Positions 23,601-37,800 of a stretch of DNA of 64,000 nucleotides are shown piece by piece (position 1 is the first letter of the stretch; each line of letters starts with the position of its first letter). The position numbers and the translations under genes were made by a program. The notes under the pieces are model-generated. The model was not told where the DNA came from. It saw nothing but the letters and a program-made list of their open reading frames with translations, and made no database searches. The stretch lies in the NCBI RefSeq assembly GCF_964355755.1, contig NC_092670.1, positions 36,754,388 through 36,818,387 on the forward strand. The letters are read 5' to 3'. The stretch comes from Antedon mediterranea (lineage: Eukaryota; Animalia; Echinodermata).

Positions 23601-26600
23601 AGGGGCACACCAGATCATCTAAACAAAATATGCATACTATTAACGAAACGATAAAGCAAAAGAACATGGGCACACAGATGTGTTGTTCTAGGCGAGTAAT
23701 GTTCATATCAATTATCCAAATGATTGATACCTATCGCATTATAGTGTTAGGTCTACATTGTTGTTGCCCAATTCATTTCATATTGTTCAGTATCTAACCT
23801 TTTCTATATGTTTATTTCTTGGAGTTTTGTATATGTAGGTGTCAGTGGATGTATTGCTGCAGTAGTGTTAATTATCAATGGCATTGCAGTTACTATAGTC
23901 GAATTGTTTTGACATGATCCCTAGAAACCATGTGTAGACCTACATCTACTTTTTATTTTTGTTTACTATATCATGTTTTTTTTGTACAATTATTTTGTTG
24001 TCCTTTCTTACTGATGCACCTTCCATTTGGTCGAGTACCACGGTTGCAAAAGTGTAAACTCCAAATAAATTATTATTATTATTTTATAAAAAGCACAAGT
24101 GTTAAAACATTCTTTACCGTTACCGGTTTTCGCGCACATTTGTAAGGTCCAAAAAGTAGTCAAGAATAGCCCACGAATGTCATAACATACACATAACATA
24201 CACATAGCATACACATAACATCCACATAGCATACACATAACATACACATAACATACACATAAATACACATAACATACACATAAATACATCTAGGCCTATT
24301 TCTTATTTATGGAATTGACATCATCAATAGTTCATCAGAAAATTATGTATTCATACCAATATTTACGACTCCATTTAATTCCACAGAGAGCATAGTATCA
24401 GTCGCGTCACTAAACGATGTGTGTCGAACCCAGAACGTAGAATATTTCACTATAAAATCGTCTGGTACCTTCTTCTTGAAATTTGTCACTACCTCACTAA
24501 ACAGAATTGTTGACGAGTCGTCTGGGTTAAGTCCATGCCCAATTGTGATGAAGTTAAATTTTGTAGAGGACGAGTTAAAATAGAGGAATTTTACACCAAT
24601 AGCTGAGTGACGTACAGATGTCACTATCCATGTATGCGAGATGACATTGGGTCCAGCTTCGTCATCGTCTGCCGCTTCTTCGTTACCATTCTCAACAATG
24701 TCCGTGGTTGTCATGACGTCATTCATTTCCTTATCTGAAAAAAAGTTATAGCGTTTTCACTGTATTCTCTTTATAAATTACAGTCTTCCAATCACATGAA
24801 TACTTGTTTGTTGATCATACTTGTATTTTAATATTTAGGTAAATTTTTTATTTTTTTTTACCGATTTCAACAACCCCATTTTCAACACAATCTTCTGGAG
24901 AGTGCAGTTTTGGATGAGGAAACAATATCATTGCTGTTTCGTCTACAAGAACACTGTGTCGTTCACCTGGAATTAACAAAGCAAACTAACTCTTAAACAT
25001 TATGCAAAATAAACGACCACATAACTCCTTCATTTCTGATTGTATGCCTACTGGATGACTTAACGTTTAGATTTGTTGTCTCCAGATAAATGTAACTTCA
25101 AATTATAAGTTGTAAGTATAAATATAATAGTAGAATACAACAACACTGATCCGGTTATGGGGTGTTACGGTTAGTTTCGCAGTAAAACATTTAGGAGGAT
25201 TCGCTTTACCGAGTGGCACAGCTCAACGGAAAGCGTATTAAAAAGTTCATTCAGAGGACGAGCGCAGAGCAGATGAAACATAATATTCATAATAATGCTC
25301 AATAAAATGGGACGCCCTCTCTCGGATTTTCAGAGAAAGTTTTTGGGAAAAATATTTGTCTAAAATCCTGTTACCTCTTACTGACGGAACGGCTGATACC
25401 AAGAAACCAAGCACATACGGTCCTTTTCCATACATCTTTATCCACATTGCGTCGGTAAAGAACTCAAGAACATCATCGAAATACCCGTATAAATCATAAG
25501 CGTTATTCACCATAGGCTCATTTCCAATACCGACAAACATGTTGTTTAGTCGAATGTCAAAGATGTCTTCGATGCAACTAAAGTTAAAGTGGTATCCAGG
25601 CGGGGCTTTGAACGTTATAGAACCTCGTTCAAGTGCGTTGGCAACCTCTGTGGACATGCTTGTTGTATTTAAGGTGAATGTCTCGTCGGCGCCTACGTTT
25701 ATGACTAGATCATCTGAAAACACAACACAATTCAAAATGAACAAAACCATATTAAATTGTTGTTTTTGTTGGTGTTACACACTAAATGATAGACCACTAA
25801 GTGCGTAGACTTGTTTCCAGGGGTGGGGGGGGGGGAGGAGGTCTTTCATTACTTGTAAATCGTATCAATTCAATAAAACTTTATTATATACCACACTGCT
25901 GTGACATTCGTTTTGTCGTGGTAGACAAATAGGCCTATCAATAATGTTACAAAAAGCATAACTTACAATCTAAGAGATATATTATAAACATCTAAAATAT
26001 GTTAGAATACACTAAAAATAATTTACAAATTTAACAACACAAAATTTTATCGTATAGTACGTTTTACTATTGTTATATATTATCAAACTGTGATGAATTA
26101 TACCTTTGTATACCCTACCTAAAAAAGCACTGAGCTGGATTGTGAAGGTAGTATTTGGTGAGCTTGACGCAAGCCAAATCCATCCTTGTTCATTAGGAAA
26201 ATCTATCGGTTTTGATATCTCAGGAACACCGTTATATTCGCTATCTTCGTTAAACGGATTTTGACCATAACCGTATTTGAAGTTACAGCCACTGACAAGT
26301 CCAGTGTGATCAAGGAATTCGACTCTGACTCTAAACCTTTTGGGTGCTTCGAAACTGATTATACAGTCTTCATAATGTCCAGAATATGGCGGAGATGATA
26401 GCACCTCACTAGCCTTTTCTGTAGCCATAAGGATGTGGTATCCGCACGAAGGTCCTGGAAGAAATGGTAAACGCGTAAAGGTAATAATATAACGAGGTTT
26501 CTAAGAGACACGTGCTTAGTTTACCAGCTAAGTCGGTAACCTATCCACTAAGCGATTCATGGTTCTATGATGAACCCAATTTACTCGGGTAAATAACCAT

Positions 26601-29600
26601 TTGTCTTGCCAACTGAAGGATCTATATCTGACATAATTGTCTGCATGAATTTAAGCTCTGTCTACACTATCGAACTAGTTTGACAAAAATAGTGCGATGT
26701 ACCCAAATATGGCAGTGATATACTAAAATATGGTAGTGATACGACACCATCATGTCAATATAATTATAGGCACATCACATTTGTTTGTCATAAAGTGTGA
26801 TAGTGTAGACATAGCTTAAGAATGACATATGTTAATGTCTCCAGAAATGTTTGTATTAGTGTTTGTAAATCTGCAATGTAGGCCTACGGCAGAAAATTAA
26901 TATTACATTATATCTGTTGATGGAATGACAAGCAGACAAACACTGCAGATACGCTATAATGTAATGCTTGGTTTCCACTAGAGACGCAACATAGAAAAGT
27001 AACGCAACGTAAGTGATTCAACCAATTACAAGCGATGGATTATCGAACTGTTGCTTGTCGTTGGTCAGCTTCTACGTCTTTGCGTTGCGTATCTGGTTTG
27101 ACCAAAACTTAAGCGTGAGTGAGAGTGCTTTAGACACTTACGGCATTTGGCTTCATCAAAACATTCGGTGACTCCATTACAGACTGTGCACTCAGCTTCT
27201 CCGTCACATTCAACGCAGTCGTAGACACCATCACAAAGGTCTTCTTCTTGTATAGGCTTTGCACTAGTCTCGCATATCAATGTGTCTAAATAAGGATTGA
27301 AATCATGATAGAGTAAAGCTCTGTCTACACTATCAAACTAGTTTGACAAAAAAGTGTGATGTGGCAAAATATGGTACTGAGATGCCCAAATATGGTAGTG
27401 ATATGACATCATCATGTCCATATGGGCACATCGCATTTTTCTAGTTTGATATTGTAGACAGGGCTTAAGAATGAAATATTGATTACGATGATGGCGTTCA
27501 TAAACGAAAGATGTATGGTTTGTGACGATCAGAGCATGTTTTACAAATTATATGATATCAAGCAAGCAACAAAAAATGTTCGAAAACTATAATGACGTAA
27601 TTGCTTATCCTGGTTGTCGTAAAATATCTGAATGACGTCAGTGACGATGTATGATAATGTTGTGATAGTGATGATCATAGTGATGATGATGTTCCATTTA
27701 CAATATTAGTTTAGTAAGGGAAGAGTGAAATTTCATTGGTTTAGTTACCTTTTGCGCGTACTACGGTAGCCGTCGCTGTAAATCCAGAGTTACCATTTGT
27801 TATTTCTTTACTTTGGAATGTCACTGAAGCAAAATTGATATGCGTAAGCACCACTCGATCTTTCGTAATGCGCTGGCTGTATAAGGTACTGCCATATGGA
27901 TTCTGACCAAATTTTAGTGTAAGCTCCTGATTCAGTTCCTTCTCGATATTTACATCTGTAATTTCAATCTGGATTCTGGAGTGTTCTGGCGATGTTATCG
28001 ACCAAACAACGCTGGAATTTTCTGGAAACTCGTTGGGATAGTTTGGAGATGAAAACTCAAATTCTTCACCAACATCCAAATTGATTGCATATGAAGTACC
28101 TAGAACAATGTAAATGGATAACGTCAAATACAATTTTACTTACGGTTTATTTAGTATATTTTATAGAAAAATTGTTTTGAGTGCAGTTGTGGCAGAATTA
28201 GTAGCAGTAAAGACAATCGTTGTGAATTTATTTTACTTACTTCGACAAACTATTTCGTCATCTTCTCCGACTGGGTAATGATCACATGACAGTTTGGAAT
28301 CAAGAGAAATACTTGAATTAACATTTTGACAACCGTTTAACACGCCCTCACATACTGTTTTACAGGGCATAACTTGTCGAGTGTCTTTAATGCACGGTGG
28401 GTACACCATTGCACAAAATACGTAAATGGCATGTTTATCACAGTCCATAAAGTTCTTAACACTCTCCAGATATGTTTGGGCACTTTCAAGAGAACTAACT
28501 ACCTTATTTGGAAAGAACGTTTTTACGTAAGGAAGGATGCCGTCACACTTGTCTTTTGGAATATCCACACAGCACACTGTACATAAATAAAAACAAGATA
28601 GTTAGTTATTGACTATGGTTTAAAATATTTCCGTATGTTTCATTTAACATATCATAATTAAATAAAACAAATATTTAGAATATTGCAGCCCAAAGAGCTG
28701 ACTTGCAGAAATAATAATTATACATCAAATTGTCAATATCACATCATTTACGAAAACACAATGTCAAACAAACGCATTCAGGTAAAAACAAAACAAATTA
28801 ATGAATAAAAATATAGGAGGCCCAGTCACATGGTAAAAATCAGTTATAATAGATAATTTCACTAATAACAATCTATTACAAGACAGGCATAGGCTACATA
28901 AAATTAAACAATCTTATTATTATTAACAAGCCTCGTGTATAGTATTAACATTCCGATAAACTACAATATCTTACACTGATGGCAAACATGGCTAAGAACG
29001 AAAACAATAGAGGAGGAATGGTTTTGATCAAGATAAACACTATAGTATATTTTAGTAAGTTACAAGTGAGCTATATATTCTCGTGTACATGTATAGCAAC
29101 CGATGCATACGTTTCTACTGCTTTGTCCAAAATGTGTTCAAACAAATGGCCTAAACGTGTAACACACGAGAAGTCCTCCATTTTAATAAATATGTCATCT
29201 AACCTGGTGTTAGCTTCTTTTCAACTTGTTCATTAAAGTTCTGGATAGCTGCGTACTTAGCTCGAGTACTTGCACGATGGGATAATGCATCGATACAACT
29301 CATATCTTTCATTTTATTCCTACTGTGGCTAGCCAATTCATGATGAAATTTGTCGAAGCTCCCTGGTTCTGGTAAAACAATTAAACGGTTATGTCATTAA
29401 CTATGATGATTAAATACAGGTGAAATCATACGACAGATAGAAATAGAATAAATGGTGGCTAGTTACACCATCACTCTTGAAGGAAGATTAGAATTCTACC
29501 TCAGTTGAAATTTTTCTCAAAGAACATGAAATGGATTTTCTATCTTCTATTTCATAAATCTTCAATGAAATTAACATCATGCTCTAAAGTTATAGACTGT

Positions 29601-30521
29601 TTTTCTTCTTTTCTCAATTAATATAGAATAATATGTTTAAGATTTCATAAAATAATGTTAGCAATACATCCATGACTTACCGGCTAAAACGTCAACTGTT
29701 GCAACGGCAGGTTTTTTGAGCACTAACAGAAAAGAAAACATAAGAATAAAATATCGACGTAAGTTTATACTCGCCCATGTATTGTTTTTAGTCATCTTTC
29801 AACACTGTAATAGTAAAAAAAAAATATTGATTCAAAAACAAACAAAAACTAAAAGTGTTTTTAATTTGAAACTTACCAACAACCATCCATAGAACAGCGA
29901 ACGCAACAGCAGCACAGCACGTGGACACAGCAAACCCGCCAAAAAGGTAAATAAACTTTCTTCGTCTGTTGTACTTTTTTGAAACGGATGAAGCTGACAA
30001 TGACGTAGAATTAATACTGTATCCGGGTCTAACAAAGATTACATCACTGCTCTGTTCAAAATGTAATTAAATGATGGAGGTTGAGATTACTATACTTTCT
30101 GATAGAACGGGTATTAGAATAATGACTGCAAAATCGTGTTAAACAGGAACTTTATGTGACAAAAAAAATTGATGTTCCTATAGGCCTAATATAGACATGA
30201 TGATGTCATATCACTACCATATTTGGGCACATCACATATTGTCGAACTAAGTTTGATTGTGTAGACAGCTCTGCAAAAAGCTTGAATCTAATGTTGTATG
30301 ATCAGATGTGCTCCTCCTCAGTCCTCGTGCATGTATTTATTTCCCAATAATTCATATTATTCTTTATAATTTCTCCATTTTCTACCGACTGTTCGAGATC
30401 AAGGATGCATTACTTTAATACAGCTAGGCCTAACTCTTACCTCCTCATTAATACCAGGTTGCCTAATATAATCCACTTGGTTGATGTGTCCTTTGATCGT
30501 TTCCTCTTCGACTTGGGCCAT
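20622..30521 (-). CDS. Gene C: paralogous mosaic type II transmembrane serine protease (TM-Fz-CUB-LDLa-CUB-CUB-CUB-LDLa-protease), ~1100-1150 aa, Gly189 S1 pocket
   Basis: Exons: 30521-30441, 30051-29877 (RRRK then TM), 29722-29681, 29368-29204, 28576-28241 (whole Fz CRD), 28099-27749 (CUB, SPNYPNEFP), 27285-27142 (LDLa), 26454-26119, 25713-25375, 24966-24862, 24734-24357, 23618-23514 (LDLa), 23097-22923 (RQKR|VIGG...TASHC), 22603-22329 (HDIALVKL), 21751-21603 (GGHGTCY), 20915-20622 (GDSGGPLVC; exact C-terminus uncertain). 5'UTR donor near 30917. Confidence 0.9.
24180..24290. repeat. Minisatellite (CATACACATAA)n
   Basis: About ten imperfect 11-bp units; it explains the low-complexity ORF 24008-24289. 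Confidence 0.9.
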
Positions 30522-30916
30522 TTTCAATCCTAAACGATTTGGAAATATTGTGACGCACGTAATAGAATACATTTTTTAAGGTAAAACAAATACAGAAATT
30601 TAAACCTATGAAGAAAAAAACAGGACAACTTTATACATAATTCCAATTAGGAATCAGCAGTCAGCGTATGTATGTCTCCCTTGGCAAAATAAACAAGAAA
30701 GAAGGCTAACAAGTTTAATTTTTCGGAGTTTTCCTTAAAAACAATTCCAAAAGTTATATATGGTTTGTACAATTTTCTTCAATCGCCTTTTCTTCTATTC
30801 CTTATTTTTTCAATCATTTATATAATATCACTTTTTGGTTTTTAGGCTATGTGTTAAAACATCTGAATAAGTTTATTTTAATGATTTAACTATTAAACTA
30901 ATGCGAGCACACCTAC

Positions 30917-31891
30917 CTTGTTTGGATTTACCTTTTGCAAGACGAAAAGTACTCTCCTGGTACCTTGAATTTGAAAATGACACTGACAATGAAGAATGCG
31001 ATTTAAGTTATTGATCTCATTTCCAAAACCGATCAGCTGGTCTTCCAGAGAGTACAGGCCTACAATTTGTTTGACACGAACCTAATTCTTTCGTTAAGTT
31101 ATTAAACACACTTTTACAGGGCCTATTTCAACCAAACCCTCGGATATCACACATACACACATAGGAGGGGAACATATTATCTGATACTAGCTAACTTATT
31201 TTCCAGACAATATAACATAATCCACTATTAGAACCTTGTTACACACAGATGATGATTTTCTTTACAGTATGTCGGCAGCTGTTTCGGTTAATATAATATT
31301 TTCCACCCTAAAAAATAAAAATATAATGAATATGCCATTTTATTGTCACATATTTTTTATATTCTCGAGCAAAAATTGGATGAAAATAAAATGTTTATCT
31401 GAAAAACTGTAATATAGGCCTAAAGCAAAAGATACTGTCAAATTGGGGTTTTGGTTAAATTTAACCGTTTTTATCATTTTGAAAATGATAACATTATTTT
31501 GGTTTTTTTCTACATGATATTACTTGTTAAAACTACAAAATGACCCTTCAAAGCCTGATTTTATTAATCTTCATTATTTAATGTTTTTGGGAGACAATAC
31601 ATCTTTTATATAATATTTGTTGATTTATGATTTTCTTTTCAATTTTTTTTTACAAAATGGTCTATGATTTATTGGATCTAGCTATTTGTCATGTTTTGTG
31701 AACCGTTCAACAGCTGTAGATACGTTTGGTTCTTAGGGTGCTTTTCATTCATTTTATTGGCATTTTGTAATGGCAGCCTCCATCAGATGAAACTACCAGC
31801 CCTAGCAAACTCGCTAAAAGGCTTAAAATATTACTTTTCCAGATCAGTTTTAATTTGTTATGAGTTTAATTATACCCAATGAGTGTACAAC
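30917..31891. promoter_or_regulatory. Probable head-to-head (bidirectional) promoter region between gene C and CHID1
   Basis: The gene C first-exon donor (minus, ~30917) and the CHID1 ATG (plus, 31892) diverge within ~1 kb. A decayed copy of the 37902-38231 element lies at ~31280-31606. Transcription starts are not visible. Confidence 0.5.
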
Positions 31892-34800
31892 ATGAATTTT
31901 TCGATGACATTCTGTTGCGTGTTTTTGGCTGTGTGTATTATTTTCAGCCTATGTTTAACTGCGGTGCCGATGGTGGCTGACGCTGCTGGGCCACCAAAGA
32001 AAACAAAGTCCAAGAGCCAAACAAGTGACAAAAAAGGGGAAACTAAGGTGGGCTACCTAGGGCCTAGGCTAGCGCTACGTATTTTATGTTCTAAAACCAA
32101 ATAGATTATACCAAGGAGATGCTTAATGTACTCCCCTGCGCGCCCAACTATGGTACTAATAGTAGCCTACTACTAGAGTGTAGTATTTGTGTTTACAAAA
32201 CATACAATCCTTCCGATCTTCTCTAAGTTAGTGAGCTCTAGGCCTAGCCTAGCCTAGGCAAACTAACTAAAACGTGCTTTTTCTAGGTACCAGAAGTGAA
32301 ATTATCAGACTTAAATGTCATTGATAGAGGGTTAGTAGAAGAAACCCCTAAAAGCAAAACCATTATCAAGGAACACCAGAATTACTGCTTCAAAACTGAG
32401 GAGCAGAATTTTCGTGGTGAGATTTTGGGCTATGTAACACCGGTAAAAATATGTTTTTTTTTTAATTGTATTATTATATGTGTTAATGTTAAGTTGCTGT
32501 ATTCCAATTGAGGAATGAACTGTACTTAAAATTCTTATTTGATTATGCAGTACTGTAATTTAATTTATTTTAGTTGGTATAATAATATAAATCTAAGTTG
32601 TATTAAGTTCATTTTTATAATTTACAATTTAAAATGCCATTATTTGCGATTTCTCATAAAATTACATGTACATTATGTATGTTTATTGCAGTATGTTTGT
32701 ATCATTGATTATTCAATTTCTTAGTGGAATAGCCATGGATATGATGTTGCTAAACTTTTTGGTGGAAAATTTTCAATGGTGTCACCTGTCTGGCTTCAAA
32801 TGAAAAGAAGCGGAGATGGCTTCAGAGTGGAAGGTGGCCATGATATTGATAAAGGTTAGTTGAAGACATATTCTGAAAAATTAAAATGTAAATCATAAAC
32901 AAAATTGAATAATATAATTGAGTAATAATCAATTTCATTTATTTATTTAAAAAAAAAATTAGGCTGGATGAACGATGTCAAAAAACAACAACGAAAAGTA
33001 AAATTAAGTAAGTAACTATTCAATTTGAGGGGATGTTAATATCATGATTCTCTGCAAAAAATAATACATTCCAACTATAATCACTCCACATATGTTATGT
33101 GCAGTATGATCATAGGCAAATTCTGTAATACAGTTTCACATATGTATCACTCACTCACAATGGTGCCTGTATCATAAAAGGTTATGTTGATGATATGATA
33201 CAGCCATCACATGTTGTTCACATGAGATTCTGTTTGACTAATGGTAATAGAAACAATTGTATATACAGTACTGCAACATACATTGTGTTATTTATTTCAA
33301 AGTTCGTCTACTTCTTCAAACAGTTATTACCTCCGCCAATGAGGTATATGTAATCGATCGCGTGTGTGTTTTTTGTTAGCAGACACCAAAGTTACACCAA
33401 ACTCGCATACACATGCTTGTAATGAAATTAGCCTAAATCACAAACAGAATTAAGACACACACTATATATTTTCCCGAAGAAATCTTATGTAGAAGAATTT
33501 TACAGTAGGCGGAGGTATGCACTCTCGGAGTAGCTCTCTAGTTTTCTTCTCTTTTTGTTTTTTTAGTGCCACGGTTATTATTTGATGGCTGGGCTGGCAG
33601 AGACTATCAATATATTTTTAGCAATGAAAATGCTATACAGAAGCTTTCAAGAACTATATTAGATTTTTATCAGGTTTGTTAATATCATTTTTTATACACA
33701 GATTATAGTTTTAACGATAAAATGAAATTTAAAATCAAGACAAATAGAGAACATTCCGTATGTTTACAGCAGTATTTACAGTTACTACATCTTTCCTTTT
33801 TTTAGAAATACAAGTTTGATGGTGTCGTTCTAGAAGTTTGGTCACAGCTGGGTGGACAGAGACGAAGGTTATTAAATCGTAATTAGCATTATCATGATTT
33901 CTAAAGCTCTGTCTACACTATCAATGTAGTTTGACCAAAAAAGTGTGATGTTTCCAAATATGGTAGTGATATGCCCAAACATGGTAGTAACATGACATCA
34001 TCATGTCCATATATTGGAACATCACATTCTTTTTGTCATATAACTGTCTTTAATGTTATAATTTCCAACTAGTATAAGTTTTGTCATTAATGTCATCATC
34101 AGCATCATCACGATGTCATCATCATTGTGACATCACAATCTGTTCTATGATCTATATTATTATCACTGATGGTATTTATTCTTGTATTCATACTTATAGT
34201 GACCTCGCACATGTAATTGTGCATATATGCGAAACATTCCACAAGCAGCAACTGAAATGCATCCTTGTTATACCGCCCCCTATCATGCCACAGGGAAGCA
34301 GTATGTTTAGCAAGGATGACTTTGAAGCTCTTGAACCGGTCGTTGACGGTTTCAGCCTCATGACGTATGACTACGCCAATGGTGGAAGGTATTTCATTCG
34401 TTCACGTTTTCTTCCAAAATCTCGCCATACCTACAAGACTATACAGCTCCACTCTAATACTATAATTAGATTGGTTTTGATCAATTCTGTTGTTTTTTTT
34501 CTTTTATTATCAATTCTGTTGAGATATTTGGCTGCATAATATTATTCACTCTTGTTTACAAGTTAAAGTGAATGTGTGATATCTGCCTTTTTTACCTTAC
34601 GTTTGTCTGTTTGTTAGCAGGATTACTCAAAAAGTAATTGCAAGATCTTTACCAAAATGAAAATACAGATAGATATGTGGTCAACCACAGTCCTAATTAT
34701 TTTCAGACCTGCTAGTTTTAAAAGATAGGAGAGATTTTCAAAGTAAACATTTATTAAAATTGTATTTTACTCGAGAACTACTTCAAGAGGTGAGAGTTAT

Positions 34801-37800
34801 AATTTGTGATTTGTAATTTTAAAACATAATTTGATTTAATGTACAGGTTTTTTGGTAGGAGTAGTTTAAAAATCCTATTTCTTTTCAAATCTTTTTTTGG
34901 TGTTGCTGTTCTATCGTTAGTCAACTTAAACTATTGCTACTTGTTACATAACCAGTACACCAAATCCTCATACACATTACATGGTTGGTAGTATAATTTT
35001 CCTAATCGCACACAGCAGTAAGGCATAAAAATAAAAAAATATTTTTTCGGATGAAATCTTATGTAGGAGAATTTTACAGTAGACGGAGGTATGCACTTTC
35101 AGAAAAGTGGCGTTCTAGTTTAAATTTAGAATCAAGCTTTCTATTGTATGCAAATATGTTGACCCTTCCTTGACATGAAATGTTAAGTTTAGATTTCTGT
35201 CGCCTAGTAGTCATGTATTCAACTCGCTAGTATATTTTGGTGTCAGATTTTAGTTTAATTATACTGTTATTTTCAAATTGATAAACAGATGGTTGCTGTA
35301 TTTTTGCAAAATTTTCCCCCGTCAATCATCCGAGATTCATGATTATGAACAATGTATGTTTATGATATCACATTTGGATCATGTTGTTAAAAAACTCCCA
35401 AGATAGGATAACTTTATCTCTCATTAAGTACAAGATTATGTTTCATTGGAGGGGGTAGAACAACATAGCATGCTTGTATCATTAGTACTTAGCCAGATTT
35501 AACTTGTCAGGTTACTGTGACAATTACATTAGATATCCACTTCACTTTTCTTTCCAATTTTCTATTTCTTTCTTCAACTGTCCTTTCTCAATCCCTTTTC
35601 CCTTCATCCTTTAACTTCTAAATTCCCACGTCTTTTTACTAGATCATTTTAATCTTTTTTTTTTAAAATTCCCCGTATCAAGTCCACCATTGTTTTTTTT
35701 CTTCTATTCAAAATTGTATATAGTCACTATTAGACAATTTTAAATGTACATCAGCATTACCCTTTGTATTTAGGACACCTCTTTTTAGTAGGGTACAATT
35801 TAGGTGTATAATATAATTCAGTAGACACTCCTATACTGAAGGTATCCCCTATTCAGTAGATGCCTCTATTCAGGGGACAACCCTATTTGAAGCTATCTTC
35901 TATTTTGAAGGTATCCCCTATTCAGTAGACACCCCTATTGTGAAGGTATCCTCTATTCAGTAAACACTCCTATTCAGGGGACACCCCTATTTGAAGCTAT
36001 CTTCTATTTTGAAGGTATCAACTATTCAGTAGACACCCCTATTGTGAAGTTATCCCCTAAGACACTCCTATTCTGACGATATCTCTTATTCAGTAGACAC
36101 CCCTATTCTGAAGGTGTCCTTCAATAGCGGTCCTACTGTGAATGACTAAATATGTTCATTTATATTTTCTCATCAATTAGACCTGGTCCAAACTCCCCCA
36201 TAGATTGGATCAAAAAGTGTGTACAAGCAATATCACCAGAAAAAGATTCTCGTCGCAAGAAAATTTTACTGGGCCTTAATTTTTATGGATACATGTATGG
36301 AACGGCAACCGGAGCAGAACCAGTAGTAGGGCACAGGTTAGTAAATGCTTTGTTCAAGTCCTGTTTTATGGTTTTATTGCTTCAACGTCATAAGATGTCA
36401 GCAAGACTTGTAGAAGGTTTCGAATCCAGTAATGACCCTAATGACCCATTTAAACTTATTTGGATTTTAATTTTAACCGGTGACCATGGATTAAAGTTTG
36501 TTTAACAAACTTATTTTGGCCTCCATCCACACCCACCTTATTCTAATTTTGTTATCTCAGTTATCGTATACTATTATATTATCATGTGATTGTATTTATT
36601 TGTGTGTGAGGAAAATCAGTAAAACAAACAAACAAACCATTCGAAACAGATTTTAACCGAGTAAATCCTCTGTATAACAAAATCTATTTTAATTCAACTA
36701 CTAAATTTTGAAAACAATATTAATTTCATTTTTTTTAGATATATTCAATTACTCAAAAAACAGAAATTGAAATGGCTTTCAGATGCAGGAGAGCATGTAT
36801 TTGAATACAAGTAAGTAAAACATATTAGCAAATATTTTGAGCCAGGCTCCTGTTTCCTGCTAAGGTACAATTTCCCCGATTGGTATAATGAAACAAAAAA
36901 AATTCCGATAATGTATGTATTGTTTCTTAGTCTCTATTATAATTACAGTTTTATTACTTTTGCTTTTCCGCTACTCCCCTGTTTACTTTTTTGTTTGTTA
37001 TGTAGAAATATTGAAAATAAATAAATAAAATACAAGGCATTTGTTACCTATACGCAAAAATCTGTACCCATTTTTCGCCCTTCCTGCCTAAAATGTCTAA
37101 TTTTTTTTGTAAAAGTGCCCTCATTAGTTTGGTTTTATGTGTTTTTTCTTCTCTTTTTTGGCAATGAAATTCTCATTTTTTTGGGTCTACTGCCCCCTAC
37201 ATTGTGCTAAACATTAGGTAAAAGTATTTCCATTACCAAATATCTATTACTGATTTGGAATGACTGACTGAATGAATTTTTATAAAAAGCTGTTCTAGAA
37301 AACTCCTTGAGACCACTTTGTACTACATTTCTATTCATGTTCATCTGCTCTCTTGATGAAGGGGAGGGGGGTGGTTCCATATCTTCGCCACTGAAGCTGA
37401 TTTACAATAAAGATTTACATTAACATGATTACAGTCAATAGTAAAAGTATAATAAAAAAATATTTAAAAAAAATTTAATCGCTGATAAACGTGGTACATA
37501 CAGAATACATTCACGAAAAAAAAGTACAATCAAAAAATACAAAAGGTTCAAAACTGTACACCACTTTAGTAACTATGTATAATAGTTATTTAAATAAAAA
37601 TGTAGCCATGGGCCATGGATTATTATTAACACTAAACATAGCGAAATCAATGGATGTTTAAAAAAATAGAATCATGTCATGTTATGTTTGTATAATATGA
37701 AGCTAATTTTTTTTTATACACATGCTTGTTTCCATTCATTTTTAGGGAAAATTCTAGAGTCCATCAGGTGTTTTACCCTACACTTAAGGTAATATCTATT

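Noticed and set aside
24008-24289. Cys/Tyr/Val-rich 93-aa ORF
   Set aside because: It is the translation of the (CATACACATAA)n minisatellite.
35770-36139. Regularly repeated ~35-bp motif resembling a CRISPR array
   Set aside because: No unique spacers, no cas genes, and it lies in a eukaryotic intron; it is a subterminal-repeat array.
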